NCBI GenBank assembly: GCA_943356525.1
Contig: CALRFG010000001.1
Location: forward strand, 75,919-139,918
Source: Candidatus Nomurabacteria bacterium
Lineage (GTDB): Bacteria; Patescibacteriota; Minisyncoccia; Phycocordibacterales; CAIZLB01
Direction of reading: 5' to 3'
Length of the DNA: 64,000 nucleotides
The notes beneath the pieces are model-generated. The model saw nothing but the letters and a program-made list of their open reading frames with translations. It was not told the DNA's origin and searched no databases. Position numbers and translations under genes: made by a program. The number at the start of each line of letters is the position of its first letter. Within the stretch, counting starts at the first letter, position 1. This document shows positions 37,061 to 47,522 of the stretch, piece after piece.

Positions 37061-37684
37061 ATGAAAAATATATACATAATAGAAGGAATAGATGGCTGTG
37101 GTAAAGATTTTGTTCAAGATCATATATTAAGTTTAATCCCAGGTAGTGTTAAAGCATTAAGAGAGCCTAATGGTCCCTTTCGAGATATACTTAAAGATAA
37201 AGAACTTCGTGATAGCGGGGTACTTGGGCCACTTGAGGAGTACATGACAATGTGGATTGGAAGATTTTTAGTTTGGGATAATGAGATAATGAAGGACTCA
37301 AAAGATACGTATATTATAAATCGCTCGTTTCCGTCAACTTTTGCGTATCAAATAGAAGGACGAGGTTTTTTTCAATATGAAGAAAATTTCCGTTTCTGGA
37401 AAAAACAACTACTAAAAATATTTGGTCCTGACAAGTATAAAATAATCCATCTCTATCTTAGGGTTGATTTAGAGATAGGTCTGGAACGAATTGGTAAGAG
37501 AGCTGATAGTGATGGTTTAGAGCATTTCGAGGAAGTAAAACTTCTTGAAAGGACTCGAATGGGATACAATAAATATTTTAGCGATAAAAGTAATTTCGAT
37601 TCTCACGAAAAAGTATTTGTGATTAATGCAAATGTTTCTAAAAAAGAGGTAATATTTCAAGTCAACAAAGCTATAGGTTTATAA
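37061..37684 (+). CDS. Divergent thymidylate-kinase-like P-loop nucleotide kinase.
   Basis: The sequence IIEGIDGCGKD resembles the Tmk P-loop but lacks the conserved T/S. KALREPNG resembles Tmk TREPGGT, and NRSFPSTFAYQ resembles the Tmk DRY..S..AYQ segment. Confidence 0.5.
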   Translation: MKNIYIIEGIDGCGKDFVQDHILSLIPGSVKALREPNGPFRDILKDKELRDSGVLGPLEEYMTMWIGRFLVWDNEIMKDSKDTYIINRSFPSTFAYQIEGRGFFQYEENFRFWKKQLLKIFGPDKYKIIHLYLRVDLEIGLERIGKRADSDGLEHFEEVKLLERTRMGYNKYFSDKSNFDSHEKVFVINANVSKKEVIFQVNKAIGL

Positions 37685-37701
37685 AAACCATTTTTTCATC
37701 A

Positions 37702-37732
37702 AAGCTGACCTCCCCAGAGGTCGGCTTTTTTT
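37702..37732 (+). terminator. Terminator (agctgacctccccagaggtcggct followed by T7).
   Basis: A perfect 9-bp stem is followed by a T-run. Confidence 0.65.
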
Positions 37733-37760
37733 ACGTCCCAGATTCTGCTATATTGATATC

Positions 37761-39506
37761 ATGTTACCCATAGCAGACCTCATAAAAACAAACTGTATTT
37801 CTTTCTTGAAAATAAATAATATTTCAGACGAAGATATAGAAAAGATAAAATTCGTTGTCGATATTAATAAAGATATCGATAAGGGGGATATGTACAGCAA
37901 CTTCGCATTAGTTACTTCAAAAGTTTTCAATCAAAAACCTATAGTTATTGCTATCAATCTTGTTGAATATTTAAATCAACAGCTAGATAAAAATATTTTT
38001 AAAAAAATAGAAGCGGTAGATGCATATGTAAATTTTTATCTAGTTAATAATTTTGAAGTTTCAAAAAATACTATTATTTACCACAAAGATTTTACTGGTA
38101 AAAAAATAGCTTACGAATATACCGATCCTAACCCAATGAAAGAATTTCATATTGGGCATTTGATGGCAAATACCATAGGTGAAGCTGTTTCTCGTTTAGG
38201 GTCCATAGCGGGTGCTAATATAAAAAGATATTCTTATCAAGGTGATGCTGGACGTCACCTTGCTGTAACAATGTGGGGACTTCGTTTTATGGAAACACCT
38301 TGGCCAGATGCAGATAGTATATCTATAACAGATAAGGTAAAGTTTTTAGGACTGGCTTATGTAACAGGAAATAAGAAACTTGCTGAAGCAAAGGAGAAAG
38401 GTGAAGAGTCTGATGAATATAAAAAAGTTATATCAGAAATAGAAATAATGAATAAAAAGATTTATGATAGATCTGATGAAGAGGTAAATCTTTTATATGA
38501 TCTAGGTCGCGAGTGGTCATTACAAAAGTTTGAAGAATTATATGAAATATTAGGGACAAAATTTGATCATTATTTCTTTGAAAGTATTACAGCTCCTTTA
38601 GGTTTAGAAATAGTTAAGGAAAATTTAACAAAATCAGATACTATCTTTTCACATGGTGATAATGATGCGATTATTTTCAAAGGTGAAGATTATGGTTTAC
38701 ATACACGTGTTTTCATAAATGCAAAAGGTATACCAACATATGAAGCTAAAGAAATAGGTTTAGCTAAAATGAAATACGATTTATGGAATTTTGATGAGAG
38801 TGTTGTTATAACTGCAAATGAGCAAAATGAAGTATTTAAAGTAACAAATAAAGTTATAACAATGTTAATGCCAGATATTGGTTCAAAGATGAAGCATTTA
38901 AGTCATGGTATGATGAAATTAGTTGGAGAAAAAATGAGTTCAAGAACAGGGAAGATTATTGCAGGGGACGAGTTAGTCGAAGATATGATGTCTGCTTCGT
39001 ATGAGAAAATGAAAGATCGTGACTTAACAGAAGAAGAAAAGAAAAGTATTTCTTGTGATGTTGCTGTAGCAGGGATTAAATTTTCTATATTAAAACAAAA
39101 TTTTAGAAAAGATATAGTTTTCGATAAAGAAAAATCTTTATCACTTGAGGGGGACTCTGGCCCATATATACAATATGCAATCGTTCGTATTAACTCTATA
39201 GTGAAAAAAACTGAAGGTTTAGATATAGTTTCAGGGAAAGATTTTTCTATTGAAGGAGAAAATCTTAACAGAACATTGTGGAGATACGATCATATTTGCT
39301 ACAAAGCAGTAGATGAATTTGCTCCGCAATATGTTGCACAGTACCTTATAGATCTTGCATCTAGGTTTAATAGTTTTTATAGCAAAAATAAGATTATTGA
39401 AGATGAGAAGGTAAATAAAAAATTATTGGATCTATGTTTGAAAACTAGAGACATATTGACACAAGGGTTGACAGTGTTGGGAATAAGGGTGGTTGAGAAG
39501 ATGTAG
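37761..39506 (+). CDS. argS: Arginine--tRNA ligase.
   Basis: The class I HIGH motif (HIGHLMAN), a DAGRH segment matching the ArgRS DAGRQ signature, a KMSSR motif and a DALR-type C-terminus ending ...VEKM are present. The length is 581 aa. Confidence 0.8.
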   Translation: MLPIADLIKTNCISFLKINNISDEDIEKIKFVVDINKDIDKGDMYSNFALVTSKVFNQKPIVIAINLVEYLNQQLDKNIFKKIEAVDAYVNFYLVNNFEVSKNTIIYHKDFTGKKIAYEYTDPNPMKEFHIGHLMANTIGEAVSRLGSIAGANIKRYSYQGDAGRHLAVTMWGLRFMETPWPDADSISITDKVKFLGLAYVTGNKKLAEAKEKGEESDEYKKVISEIEIMNKKIYDRSDEEVNLLYDLGREWSLQKFEELYEILGTKFDHYFFESITAPLGLEIVKENLTKSDTIFSHGDNDAIIFKGEDYGLHTRVFINAKGIPTYEAKEIGLAKMKYDLWNFDESVVITANEQNEVFKVTNKVITMLMPDIGSKMKHLSHGMMKLVGEKMSSRTGKIIAGDELVEDMMSASYEKMKDRDLTEEEKKSISCDVAVAGIKFSILKQNFRKDIVFDKEKSLSLEGDSGPYIQYAIVRINSIVKKTEGLDIVSGKDFSIEGENLNRTLWRYDHICYKAVDEFAPQYVAQYLIDLASRFNSFYSKNKIIEDEKVNKKLLDLCLKTRDILTQGLTVLGIRVVEKM

Positions 39507-39547
39507 AAGGAGTTTTTTCATTTCCTAAAATATGCTAAACTCAAGAC

Positions 39548-41014
39548 ATGACATCAATAGACGACATCCGCGATCAACGAGTAGACAAAGTTAAACTTTT
39601 AAATGATAAAGGAATAGAAGCTTATCCCGTTAAATCAAACATAGATACTACAAATGCACAGTTTATAGAAGAGTTTGCAACCCTATTTGATTCTCAAAGA
39701 GAAATAACTATTGGAGGGCGAATTATCTCAGTTCGTGGTCAAGGTAAACTTGGATTTGTCGATCTTATCGATGGTACATCCGAAAAAGTACAATGTTTTC
39801 TTTCTCTAGAAAATATGGGTGAGGAAACCATAAGTAATTTTTTTGAACTAGTTGATACTGGGGATTTTATAGAATTTACCGGATCGGCTTACATTACAAA
39901 AAGAGAAACAAATGCATTGTCTGTAAAATCATGGAGACTTTTAGCAAAAAGCTTGAGACCTATTCCAGATTCTTTCTATGGATTAGAAGATGAAGATGAG
40001 AGATATAGAAAGCGATATTTAGACTTTATTTTAAACAAAGACAATAGGGATATGATGAAGAGACGAAGTATTTTTTGGAATACTATTCGTGGATTTTTAT
40101 TAGCTCGTGATTATATAGAAGTAGAAACTCCTGTACTTGAAAATACAACAGGTGGAGCAGACGCTCGACCTTTTGTGACACATCACAATGCATTGGATAT
40201 GGAGGTTTATCTTCGAATATCTGCAGGTGAATTATGGCAAAAGAGATTATTGATTGCAGGTCTTCCAAAAACTTTCGAGATTGGGCGTATTTTTAGAAAT
40301 GAAGGAATTTCATCAGAGCATGCACAAGATTATACCCAAGTAGAATTTTACGAAGCATATTCTGATTTTAATAAAGGTATGACAATGACAAAAGATTTGT
40401 ATATAAAGATTGCAGAGGAAGTATATGGAAAATCAACTTTTGAAAACAAAGGTTTATCTTTTGATCTAAAAGATGAATGGGCTATATACGACTTTTCAAA
40501 AATTATTTTAGAAAAATATAATATCGATGTTCACGCTACAAATGTTAATGAAGTTGAAGATAAATTAAAAAATAATGAAGTCGAATATGATAAAAAAACT
40601 TTATCCATAGAAAGGGGAATAGACCTTTTGTGGAAGAAAGTGAGAAAGACCTTAGCTGGCCCAGGGTTCCTTATAGGTATACCAGTATACCTTGAGCCTT
40701 TAGCCAAGAAGTCAAAAGAAGATGAAAGAGTTGTAGAAAGATTCCAGGTTATATTAGCAGGATCAGAAGTAGGAAAAGGATTTTCAGAGCTTAACGATCC
40801 CATTGATCAACGTGATCGATTTATGTCACAGCAAGCTCTAAGAGATGCAGGGGACGATGAGGCTCAGATGGCAGACATGGACTATGTTGAAGCTATGGAG
40901 TATGGTATGCCGCCAGCTTTTGGCTTTGGTGTGTCTGAAAGACTATTTAGTTTCTTGGAAGGAAAGTCAGTGAGAGAATGTCAGGCATTTCCTTTAATGA
41001 GGAAGAAGAATTAG
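39548..41014 (+). CDS. lysS: Lysine--tRNA ligase (class II).
   Basis: An N-terminal OB-fold is followed by class II motifs that include FRNEGISSEHAQDYTQVEFYEAY and a C-terminal GFGVSERL segment. Confidence 0.9.
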   Translation: MTSIDDIRDQRVDKVKLLNDKGIEAYPVKSNIDTTNAQFIEEFATLFDSQREITIGGRIISVRGQGKLGFVDLIDGTSEKVQCFLSLENMGEETISNFFELVDTGDFIEFTGSAYITKRETNALSVKSWRLLAKSLRPIPDSFYGLEDEDERYRKRYLDFILNKDNRDMMKRRSIFWNTIRGFLLARDYIEVETPVLENTTGGADARPFVTHHNALDMEVYLRISAGELWQKRLLIAGLPKTFEIGRIFRNEGISSEHAQDYTQVEFYEAYSDFNKGMTMTKDLYIKIAEEVYGKSTFENKGLSFDLKDEWAIYDFSKIILEKYNIDVHATNVNEVEDKLKNNEVEYDKKTLSIERGIDLLWKKVRKTLAGPGFLIGIPVYLEPLAKKSKEDERVVERFQVILAGSEVGKGFSELNDPIDQRDRFMSQQALRDAGDDEAQMADMDYVEAMEYGMPPAFGFGVSERLFSFLEGKSVRECQAFPLMRKKN

Positions 41015-41142
41015 GTTTATAAATAAATCTGTTAATAAATCTATAAAATGTATCGAAAACTTGAATCTTTTCAATAGATAATAAATTAAAAATAAATAAT
41101 AAATAGATTTTAATAACATTATGTTGTACAATTAAAATAAAT

Positions 41143-42264
41143 ATGTCTTTTTTTAATAATAATTTTTTCTCACAACCAGACCCTAGTGTGATCGGCATAG
41201 ATATAGGATCATCTTCTTTAAAGATTGTACAAATCAAGAAAGAAAAAGGTAAGGCCGTATTGCAAACATATGGTGAATTAGGACTTGGTCCATACAACAA
41301 GCTATCTATTGGTCAAATTGCAACACTTGCACCAGATCAATATGCAAAAATTATTTTAGATCTTTTAAAAGAGGCGGATATTTCTTCAATAAAAGGAGGT
41401 GTATCAATACCATTAAAATTAAGCTTAATAAGTATTATTGAAATACCAATAGTTGAAGAAAAAGAACAAAGAAATGTTATAGAGTTAGAAGCAAGAAAAT
41501 ATATACCTACAGCTATTTCAGAAGTTTCATTGGATTATTCTATTTTACCTCAGGTTGACGATACGAGTTTAGAATTTATAGAATCTAATAACAATAAAAT
41601 TCTTGAAGATAGCAAATTAAAGAAAAAACAAAAAGTTCTATTGGTAGCTATACATAATCAGGTATTAAGTAATTACTCTAAAATAGTTCAACAATCTAAA
41701 TTGAACATTGACTTTTTTGAGGTAGAAGCTTTTTCAACAGCAAGGTCAAGTTTGTCCGGTGAAAAATCACCAGTAATGATTATCGATTTAGGTGCCTCAT
41801 CTGTAAAGATTTATATAATCGATGGAGGTATGCTTTTATCATCTCATACTATAAATAGAGGTGGGCAGGATGTATCTTTTTCTATTTCGAAAGGTTTAGG
41901 TATTCCATTTGATAAAGCTGAACATATAAAGAGGTCTTTGGGTAAAGTTGAAATATCTGAAGAGCCTAAGATTAGAGAGTTGGTTAATATACATGAAGAG
42001 TATATCTTATCAGAAATTAAGACGGTTCTAACAGTATTTCAAAAAACAAAAGATTCTACAGTTTCAAAAATAATATTAACAGGAGGGGCATCTTTATTAG
42101 ATGGTTTTTTAGAAAAGATGAAACATAACTTTTCAGCAGAAGTAGAATTAGCCTCACCGTTTTCAAAATTAGAATCACCTGTATCACTTCAGGAGACATT
42201 AAAAATTACAGGTATGACATTCTCAACAGCCATAGGTTTAGCTTTGCGTGCATTACAAAGCTGA
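41143..42264 (+). CDS. pilM: Type IV pilus assembly protein PilM.
   Basis: The segments VIGIDIGSSSLKIVQIKK..., RKYIPTAISEVSLDYSIL and the C-terminal actin-like ATPase fold give the PilM/FtsA-like pattern. Confidence 0.75.
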   Translation: MSFFNNNFFSQPDPSVIGIDIGSSSLKIVQIKKEKGKAVLQTYGELGLGPYNKLSIGQIATLAPDQYAKIILDLLKEADISSIKGGVSIPLKLSLISIIEIPIVEEKEQRNVIELEARKYIPTAISEVSLDYSILPQVDDTSLEFIESNNNKILEDSKLKKKQKVLLVAIHNQVLSNYSKIVQQSKLNIDFFEVEAFSTARSSLSGEKSPVMIIDLGASSVKIYIIDGGMLLSSHTINRGGQDVSFSISKGLGIPFDKAEHIKRSLGKVEISEEPKIRELVNIHEEYILSEIKTVLTVFQKTKDSTVSKIILTGGASLLDGFLEKMKHNFSAEVELASPFSKLESPVSLQETLKITGMTFSTAIGLALRALQS

Positions 42265-42287
42265 TTTTGGTATAATTAAAAATAAAT

Positions 42288-42923
42288 ATGGAAACAAAAT
42301 TTCAAACAAATTCATTCGTACCAAAATCATCATTAAATGTTGTTGATGATTCTGGAAATATAAATAAATCTCCCAAAATTTCAAGTAATACAACTAGTTT
42401 TTTTATTTTAATTTCATTTTTTATATTTGTATGTAGTATTGTTTCGGCAGGTATTGTCTTCTCATTAAATAAGTTATCTACAAATCTAAAAAGATCAGCT
42501 GTTAGTAGTTTGGATAAATATAAAAAAGACTTAAACACAGAAACTGTCGAAGATATTAAATCCTTAGACAATAGATTAGAGGTTATCACTTCTCTTATTG
42601 AGAAACACACTGTTGCTTCTAAAATATTTGAAGAATTATCAAAAAATACAATAAAACAAGTTTCATTTTCCTCATTAGACTTAAAAAGAAAAACTGACAA
42701 TACTTTTTCAGTAAAATTAAAGGCACAAGGTGTAAGATATGAATCTATAGTTGCACAAGACATTCAATTTTCGACACCTTCAGCTCAAAAATTTTTTAAA
42801 AATACAAGTATAACAGATTTTTCAAAAAGTAAAGGTCAAAATCAAGTATCTTTTGGTATTGAAACAAGTATATCAAATAATGTTATTAATTTTTCTAAAA
42901 TAATAAATAATAATACTAACTAA
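42288..42923 (+). CDS. pilN: PilN-like protein.
   Basis: It has an N-terminal TM helix and a periplasmic domain and sits 3' of pilM. Confidence 0.45.
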   Translation: METKFQTNSFVPKSSLNVVDDSGNINKSPKISSNTTSFFILISFFIFVCSIVSAGIVFSLNKLSTNLKRSAVSSLDKYKKDLNTETVEDIKSLDNRLEVITSLIEKHTVASKIFEELSKNTIKQVSFSSLDLKRKTDNTFSVKLKAQGVRYESIVAQDIQFSTPSAQKFFKNTSITDFSKSKGQNQVSFGIETSISNNVINFSKIINNNTN

Positions 42924-42928
42924 TAATT

Positions 42929-43570
42929 ATGAAAGCAATAATATCAATAATTCTTATAGCTACTTCAATAGCATTTTTTGTATACTTTACACAACCAAAA
43001 TGGGCTGAATTAAAAGCAAATAGGATTGAGGTTGAAAAATTAAATATAGCTGTAGAAAAAGCTAAGGTCTTAAAAGAAAGAATTGATTTTTTATTAAAAA
43101 TTAAGCTCTCTATAACTGATGTAGATTTAGATAAAATTAAAAGAATGGTTCCTGACAATATCGAAAACGTAATACTTATTATAGATTTTGATAATATGTT
43201 AAATGATTTGATAAAAAGAAATGGTACGGCTGATATTTATAAAAATAATGAATCATCTGAATCATCTGAATCAGCTAATTCATCTGCATCAGATCAATTT
43301 TCCATAGAAAATCCTAAGATAACAAAAAATGCTGCCGTTATGGATGGTTTCGATAGCTCACAGTTAGGTGTTGCAGACTTTACCTTTAGTGTTTCTTTAA
43401 CATATACTGATTTTCTAGATTTTATAAAAAGAATAGAAACATCAAGTCGTATTTTTGACATAGAGTCGATTTCATTTACTGCTCCTGATATTAAAGATAT
43501 AAAAAACCCAGATGAAATAGTTTATAATTTTAATATAGCTTTAAAAACTTATTGGCTTAAAAGTAAATAA
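42929..43570 (+). CDS. pilO: PilO-like protein.
   Basis: It has an N-terminal TM helix, a coiled-coil segment and a short Ser/Glu tandem repeat (SESSESSES). The call is positional. Confidence 0.45.
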   Translation: MKAIISIILIATSIAFFVYFTQPKWAELKANRIEVEKLNIAVEKAKVLKERIDFLLKIKLSITDVDLDKIKRMVPDNIENVILIIDFDNMLNDLIKRNGTADIYKNNESSESSESANSSASDQFSIENPKITKNAAVMDGFDSSQLGVADFTFSVSLTYTDFLDFIKRIETSSRIFDIESISFTAPDIKDIKNPDEIVYNFNIALKTYWLKSK

Positions 43571-43579
43571 TATAAAAAT

Positions 43580-44083
43580 ATGAATATAGTTAATCACAAA
43601 AAAACAATATTAATAATCATAGCTGTCCTGATTGCATTTTTTGTATATTGGTTTGTTTTTTTATCAAAAAAAGATACTAAAGATTCTAATACTAATCAAT
43701 CATCAAATCTTAATGCTCAGATTAATGGTCCAGAAAATAATTATGATAAAGAATTTGTTACTAGTTTGCTTGGATTAAATTCTGTAAAACTTAATGTTTC
43801 TATGTTTAAATCAAAAGAATTTATAGCTTTAAATTACCCAGAAGTTCCATTTGTTATAGTCTATCCAAAAGAATTTGGTCGTAATAACCCTTTCTTACCC
43901 GTTGGTATAAATTCAACTATTTTAAATACAAAAATAGATACACAAAATAAATTGGATAAACTAGCTTCTTCAACGGCGGAAGTTGTGCCACCAGTAAAAT
44001 CTGCAACAAGTACTGGAGCGACTCCTGGAATCCCAGTCTCAAAACCTTCACTGATCCCAACTCCAACTCCAAAAAATTTTTAA
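43580..44083 (+). CDS. PilP-like protein (N-terminal TM helix and a Pro/Thr-rich C-terminus).
   Basis: The call rests on topology and gene order only. Confidence 0.35.
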   Translation: MNIVNHKKTILIIIAVLIAFFVYWFVFLSKKDTKDSNTNQSSNLNAQINGPENNYDKEFVTSLLGLNSVKLNVSMFKSKEFIALNYPEVPFVIVYPKEFGRNNPFLPVGINSTILNTKIDTQNKLDKLASSTAEVVPPVKSATSTGATPGIPVSKPSLIPTPTPKNF

Positions 44084-44092
44084 TACATAAAA

Positions 44093-45832
44093 ATGAGTTA
44101 TATAAATTTATTAATAAAAAATAATATACTTGATCAAGATACTGCAAATATCTTAGAGCAAAAATCTGCTAGCTCTAATATATCATTAGATTCTGTTTTA
44201 CGTGATCATGGTCTAAAATCCATAGATATATTAAAAGCTAAATCGGAATATCTAAACATAGAGCCTTTCTATATAGGTGATAATGATATTCCGTTTGAAA
44301 TACTTAACTATATTCCTGAAGATTCTGCTCGGCATTATAAGATAATACCAATATCTATATCTAACGGTGTATTAAATGTTGGTATATGTGATTCAGATAA
44401 CATACAAGCTATCGATGCTCTAAACTTTATTTCCTCAAAGAATAATATAACTTATAAACTTTTTCTTATTTCTGAGGAAGACTTCAATAGATCCTTGAAC
44501 ATGTATAAAGGCTTATCTGGTGAAGTTCAAGAGGCTTTAGGTAATTTTGAAAAAGAATTTGGAGACTTAGGTGATGATTTGGACAATACTATTTTAAAAA
44601 AATCTCAAACAAAAAATCCTGATGGTAGTGTTTCTGAAACAAATATAATAGAAGATGCTCCAGTTAAAAAAATAGTAGCAACTATTATCAGATATGCCAT
44701 TGAAGGTGGAGTTTCCGATATACATATAGAACCGCTAAAAGATAAGGTTCGTGTACGTTATCGTGTTGACGGAGTGTTAAGTACAAGTATTGAATTACCT
44801 AAAAATGTTATAGATGCTTTGGCTGCACGTATAAAAATTCTTTCAGAAATGAAGCTTGACGAAAAAAGAAAACCGCAAGATGGGCGTTTTTCAGCACGTG
44901 CTGAAGGTAGAAAAGTGGACTTTCGTGTATCTACTTTTCCAACATATTTTGGTGAAAAAGTCGTAATGAGAATATTGGATCAAGATAAAGGTGTTCAAAA
45001 GTTGGATAGTCTTAATTTCCAACCTGAACACTTAACTATGCTTAAAAAGGCCTTAACAAGACCGCATGGGCTTATTTTGATATCAGGACCAACAGGTTCA
45101 GGTAAAACAACAACACTTTATTCCATGCTTATGGAGTTGGATCGGGACAGTCAAAACGTTTTATCTCTTGAAGATCCTATAGAGTATAATATGGAAGGTG
45201 TAAGTCAGTCACAGGTTCATTCTGAGATTGGTTATACTTTTGCCTCAGGTCTTCGTACAACGTTACGTCAAGATCCAGACATAATCATGGTTGGAGAGAT
45301 TCGTGATAAAGAAACGGCACAACTAGCTATACAAGCAGCGCTTACAGGACACTTAGTTTTATCCACTATACACACCAATACTGCTATAGGTATAGTTCCA
45401 CGTCTTATAGATATGGGTATAGATCCATATCTTATTGCGCCAACACTTATTTTAGGAATAGCGCAAAGACTTGTAGGAAAGGCTAATGAATCTGCCACTG
45501 AAGTTGTTGAGGTCTCAGATAGTATTAAAATAATGATAGAAAATCAGTTTGCAAATTTACCAGAACAGTTCAAATCTAAGCTTCCACCTGTGAAGGATAT
45601 AAGAATAATAAAACCTACTCCAGAATGTCCAAAAGGTATAAAGGGTAGAGTTGCAGTGTTTGAGATGTATGAGATGGACAGAAAATTAGAATCAATAATT
45701 TTAACAAAACCAACCGAGAATGAAATATATGATTACATAAGAAAGGAAAAGGGGATGCTAACAATGAAAGAAGATGGTATAATTAAAGCACTACAGAAAA
45801 TGGTTCCTTTTGAGGAAATTGGAAATCTATAA
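44093..45832 (+). CDS. pilB: Type IV pilus assembly ATPase PilB (GspE family).
   Basis: An N-terminal GSPII_E_N-like domain is followed by the Walker A motif LISGPTGSGKTTTLYSM, Asp/His boxes and a tetracysteine-like C-terminal region. Confidence 0.9.
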   Translation: MSYINLLIKNNILDQDTANILEQKSASSNISLDSVLRDHGLKSIDILKAKSEYLNIEPFYIGDNDIPFEILNYIPEDSARHYKIIPISISNGVLNVGICDSDNIQAIDALNFISSKNNITYKLFLISEEDFNRSLNMYKGLSGEVQEALGNFEKEFGDLGDDLDNTILKKSQTKNPDGSVSETNIIEDAPVKKIVATIIRYAIEGGVSDIHIEPLKDKVRVRYRVDGVLSTSIELPKNVIDALAARIKILSEMKLDEKRKPQDGRFSARAEGRKVDFRVSTFPTYFGEKVVMRILDQDKGVQKLDSLNFQPEHLTMLKKALTRPHGLILISGPTGSGKTTTLYSMLMELDRDSQNVLSLEDPIEYNMEGVSQSQVHSEIGYTFASGLRTTLRQDPDIIMVGEIRDKETAQLAIQAALTGHLVLSTIHTNTAIGIVPRLIDMGIDPYLIAPTLILGIAQRLVGKANESATEVVEVSDSIKIMIENQFANLPEQFKSKLPPVKDIRIIKPTPECPKGIKGRVAVFEMYEMDRKLESIILTKPTENEIYDYIRKEKGMLTMKEDGIIKALQKMVPFEEIGNL

Positions 45833-45868
45833 AATTATAATTATAAACTGCAAAAATAATACAAATAC

Positions 45869-46282
45869 ATGAAAGAGCCAAAAGATATAAAGGTAATGAT
45901 AATTGATGATGATACTTTTATTTTGAATATGTATAAGATAAAATTTACAAAAGAAGGTTTCACTCCAACATTGGCAACAAATGGCCAAGAAGCATTGGAC
46001 ATAGCTCGATCAGGTTATGTACCTGATGTGTTATTTGTTGATTTAATAATGCCTATAATGGGAGGTATAGAGTTTCTGCAAAACATAAGAAAAGAAAAAC
46101 TTTTTGAAAATGTACCAATACTCGTTTTAACAAATCAAAGTCAGGTAACAGACATAGATACTGCAAAAAGTCTTGGTGTAAAGTCATATATTGTTAAGGC
46201 CACTACAATACCTTCGGAAATAGTTGATGAAGTAAAAAAACTTTTTGATATGAAGGATACATCGACATCTGTTACAAGCTAA
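45869..46282 (+). CDS. Stand-alone response-regulator receiver (CheY-like/PilH-like).
   Basis: It has the REC fold with acidic pocket residues (DDD, VDLIMP) and a conserved K. The length is 137 aa with no output domain. Confidence 0.7.
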   Translation: MKEPKDIKVMIIDDDTFILNMYKIKFTKEGFTPTLATNGQEALDIARSGYVPDVLFVDLIMPIMGGIEFLQNIRKEKLFENVPILVLTNQSQVTDIDTAKSLGVKSYIVKATTIPSEIVDEVKKLFDMKDTSTSVTS

Positions 46283-46343
46283 ATAAAATGACTATAATTT
46301 AAATATATTTTAAAAATATTAAACAATAATAAATAATAACATC

Positions 46344-47408
46344 ATGAACTATGAAAAAGAATTAGAAAAATTATTTGATACCGTTATAACAGAAGTTGCT
46401 TCAGATTTACATTTATCTGAGGGTAGATATCCAACTATTCGTGTGTCTGGACAGCTTATACCCTTAATGTCGTCTCAGATTTTAACCCATCAAGATATTA
46501 AAGAGTTTGTTAATTTTATGACACCAAAAGCAGGTATTAAAGATTTTGACACGAATAAAGTTGAATTAGATTTTTCGTATAAATATAAAGACAAAGCGCG
46601 ATTTCGTTGTAATGCATATCATCAACAGGGAGCACTTTCTTTAGCTCTTCGTTTTATACCTAATACCGTTAGAACTATCAAAGACTTGATGTTACCGATT
46701 GAACTTGAACAGTTCGCACACATGAAACAAGGCTTTTTTCTTGTTGTAGGTCCAGTTGGACAAGGTAAAAGTACAACTTTGGCTGCTATTATAGAATCTA
46801 TAAATCAAGAAAGAGCCGAACACATAGTAACTATTGAGGAGCCAACAGAATACGTTTATACACAAAAAAAATCTATCATAGACCAAAGAGAGGTTGGTAT
46901 AGATACGGAATCTTTCGAATCAGGACTAATGGCATCACTAAGGCAAGATGTAAATGTTATCTTGGTAGGAGAGATGAGAGATAGAGAAACTATGGCAGCA
47001 GCTGTGACAGCTGCTGAAACTGGTCATCTCGTTTTATCAACACTTCACACAAATAATGCTGCTCAAACCGTTGACCGTATTATAGATAGTTTTCCCGCCA
47101 ATCAGCAAGACCAGATAAGAATACAGCTTTCAAATGCTTTAGCTGGTGTTTTGTCACAAAGACTAGTGCCTCGCATATCCGGAGGGCTTATTCCAGTTTT
47201 TGAACTTATGATTTCAAATAATGCTATACAAAACCTCATACGCGAAAAAAGAACTCATGAGATAAATACTGTCATAGAAACTAGTTCACAAGAAGGTATG
47301 ATTGACATGAATAGATGTTTGGCTGAGCTTGTACAAAGAGGAGAGATCACATTAGAAGATGCTTACAAACATAGTTTGAATCCAAAGATGTTGCAGAGGT
47401 TGGTTTAG
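46344..47408 (+). CDS. pilT: Twitching-motility/retraction ATPase PilT.
   Basis: The Walker A motif GFFLVVGPVGQGKSTTLAAII, the 354-aa length and the AIRNLIREKR-like motif (AIQNLIREKR) are PilT-specific. Confidence 0.85.
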   Translation: MNYEKELEKLFDTVITEVASDLHLSEGRYPTIRVSGQLIPLMSSQILTHQDIKEFVNFMTPKAGIKDFDTNKVELDFSYKYKDKARFRCNAYHQQGALSLALRFIPNTVRTIKDLMLPIELEQFAHMKQGFFLVVGPVGQGKSTTLAAIIESINQERAEHIVTIEEPTEYVYTQKKSIIDQREVGIDTESFESGLMASLRQDVNVILVGEMRDRETMAAAVTAAETGHLVLSTLHTNNAAQTVDRIIDSFPANQQDQIRIQLSNALAGVLSQRLVPRISGGLIPVFELMISNNAIQNLIREKRTHEINTVIETSSQEGMIDMNRCLAELVQRGEITLEDAYKHSLNPKMLQRLV

Positions 47409-47522
47409 TTTACATAAGGTTTATAATTACGAATTATCTTAACAAATCGGTTAATCTCTCGAAGGTCTAAAAATTGATTAATTTAATTGGTATTTAATAA
47501 GTAAATAATATATAATATTATT

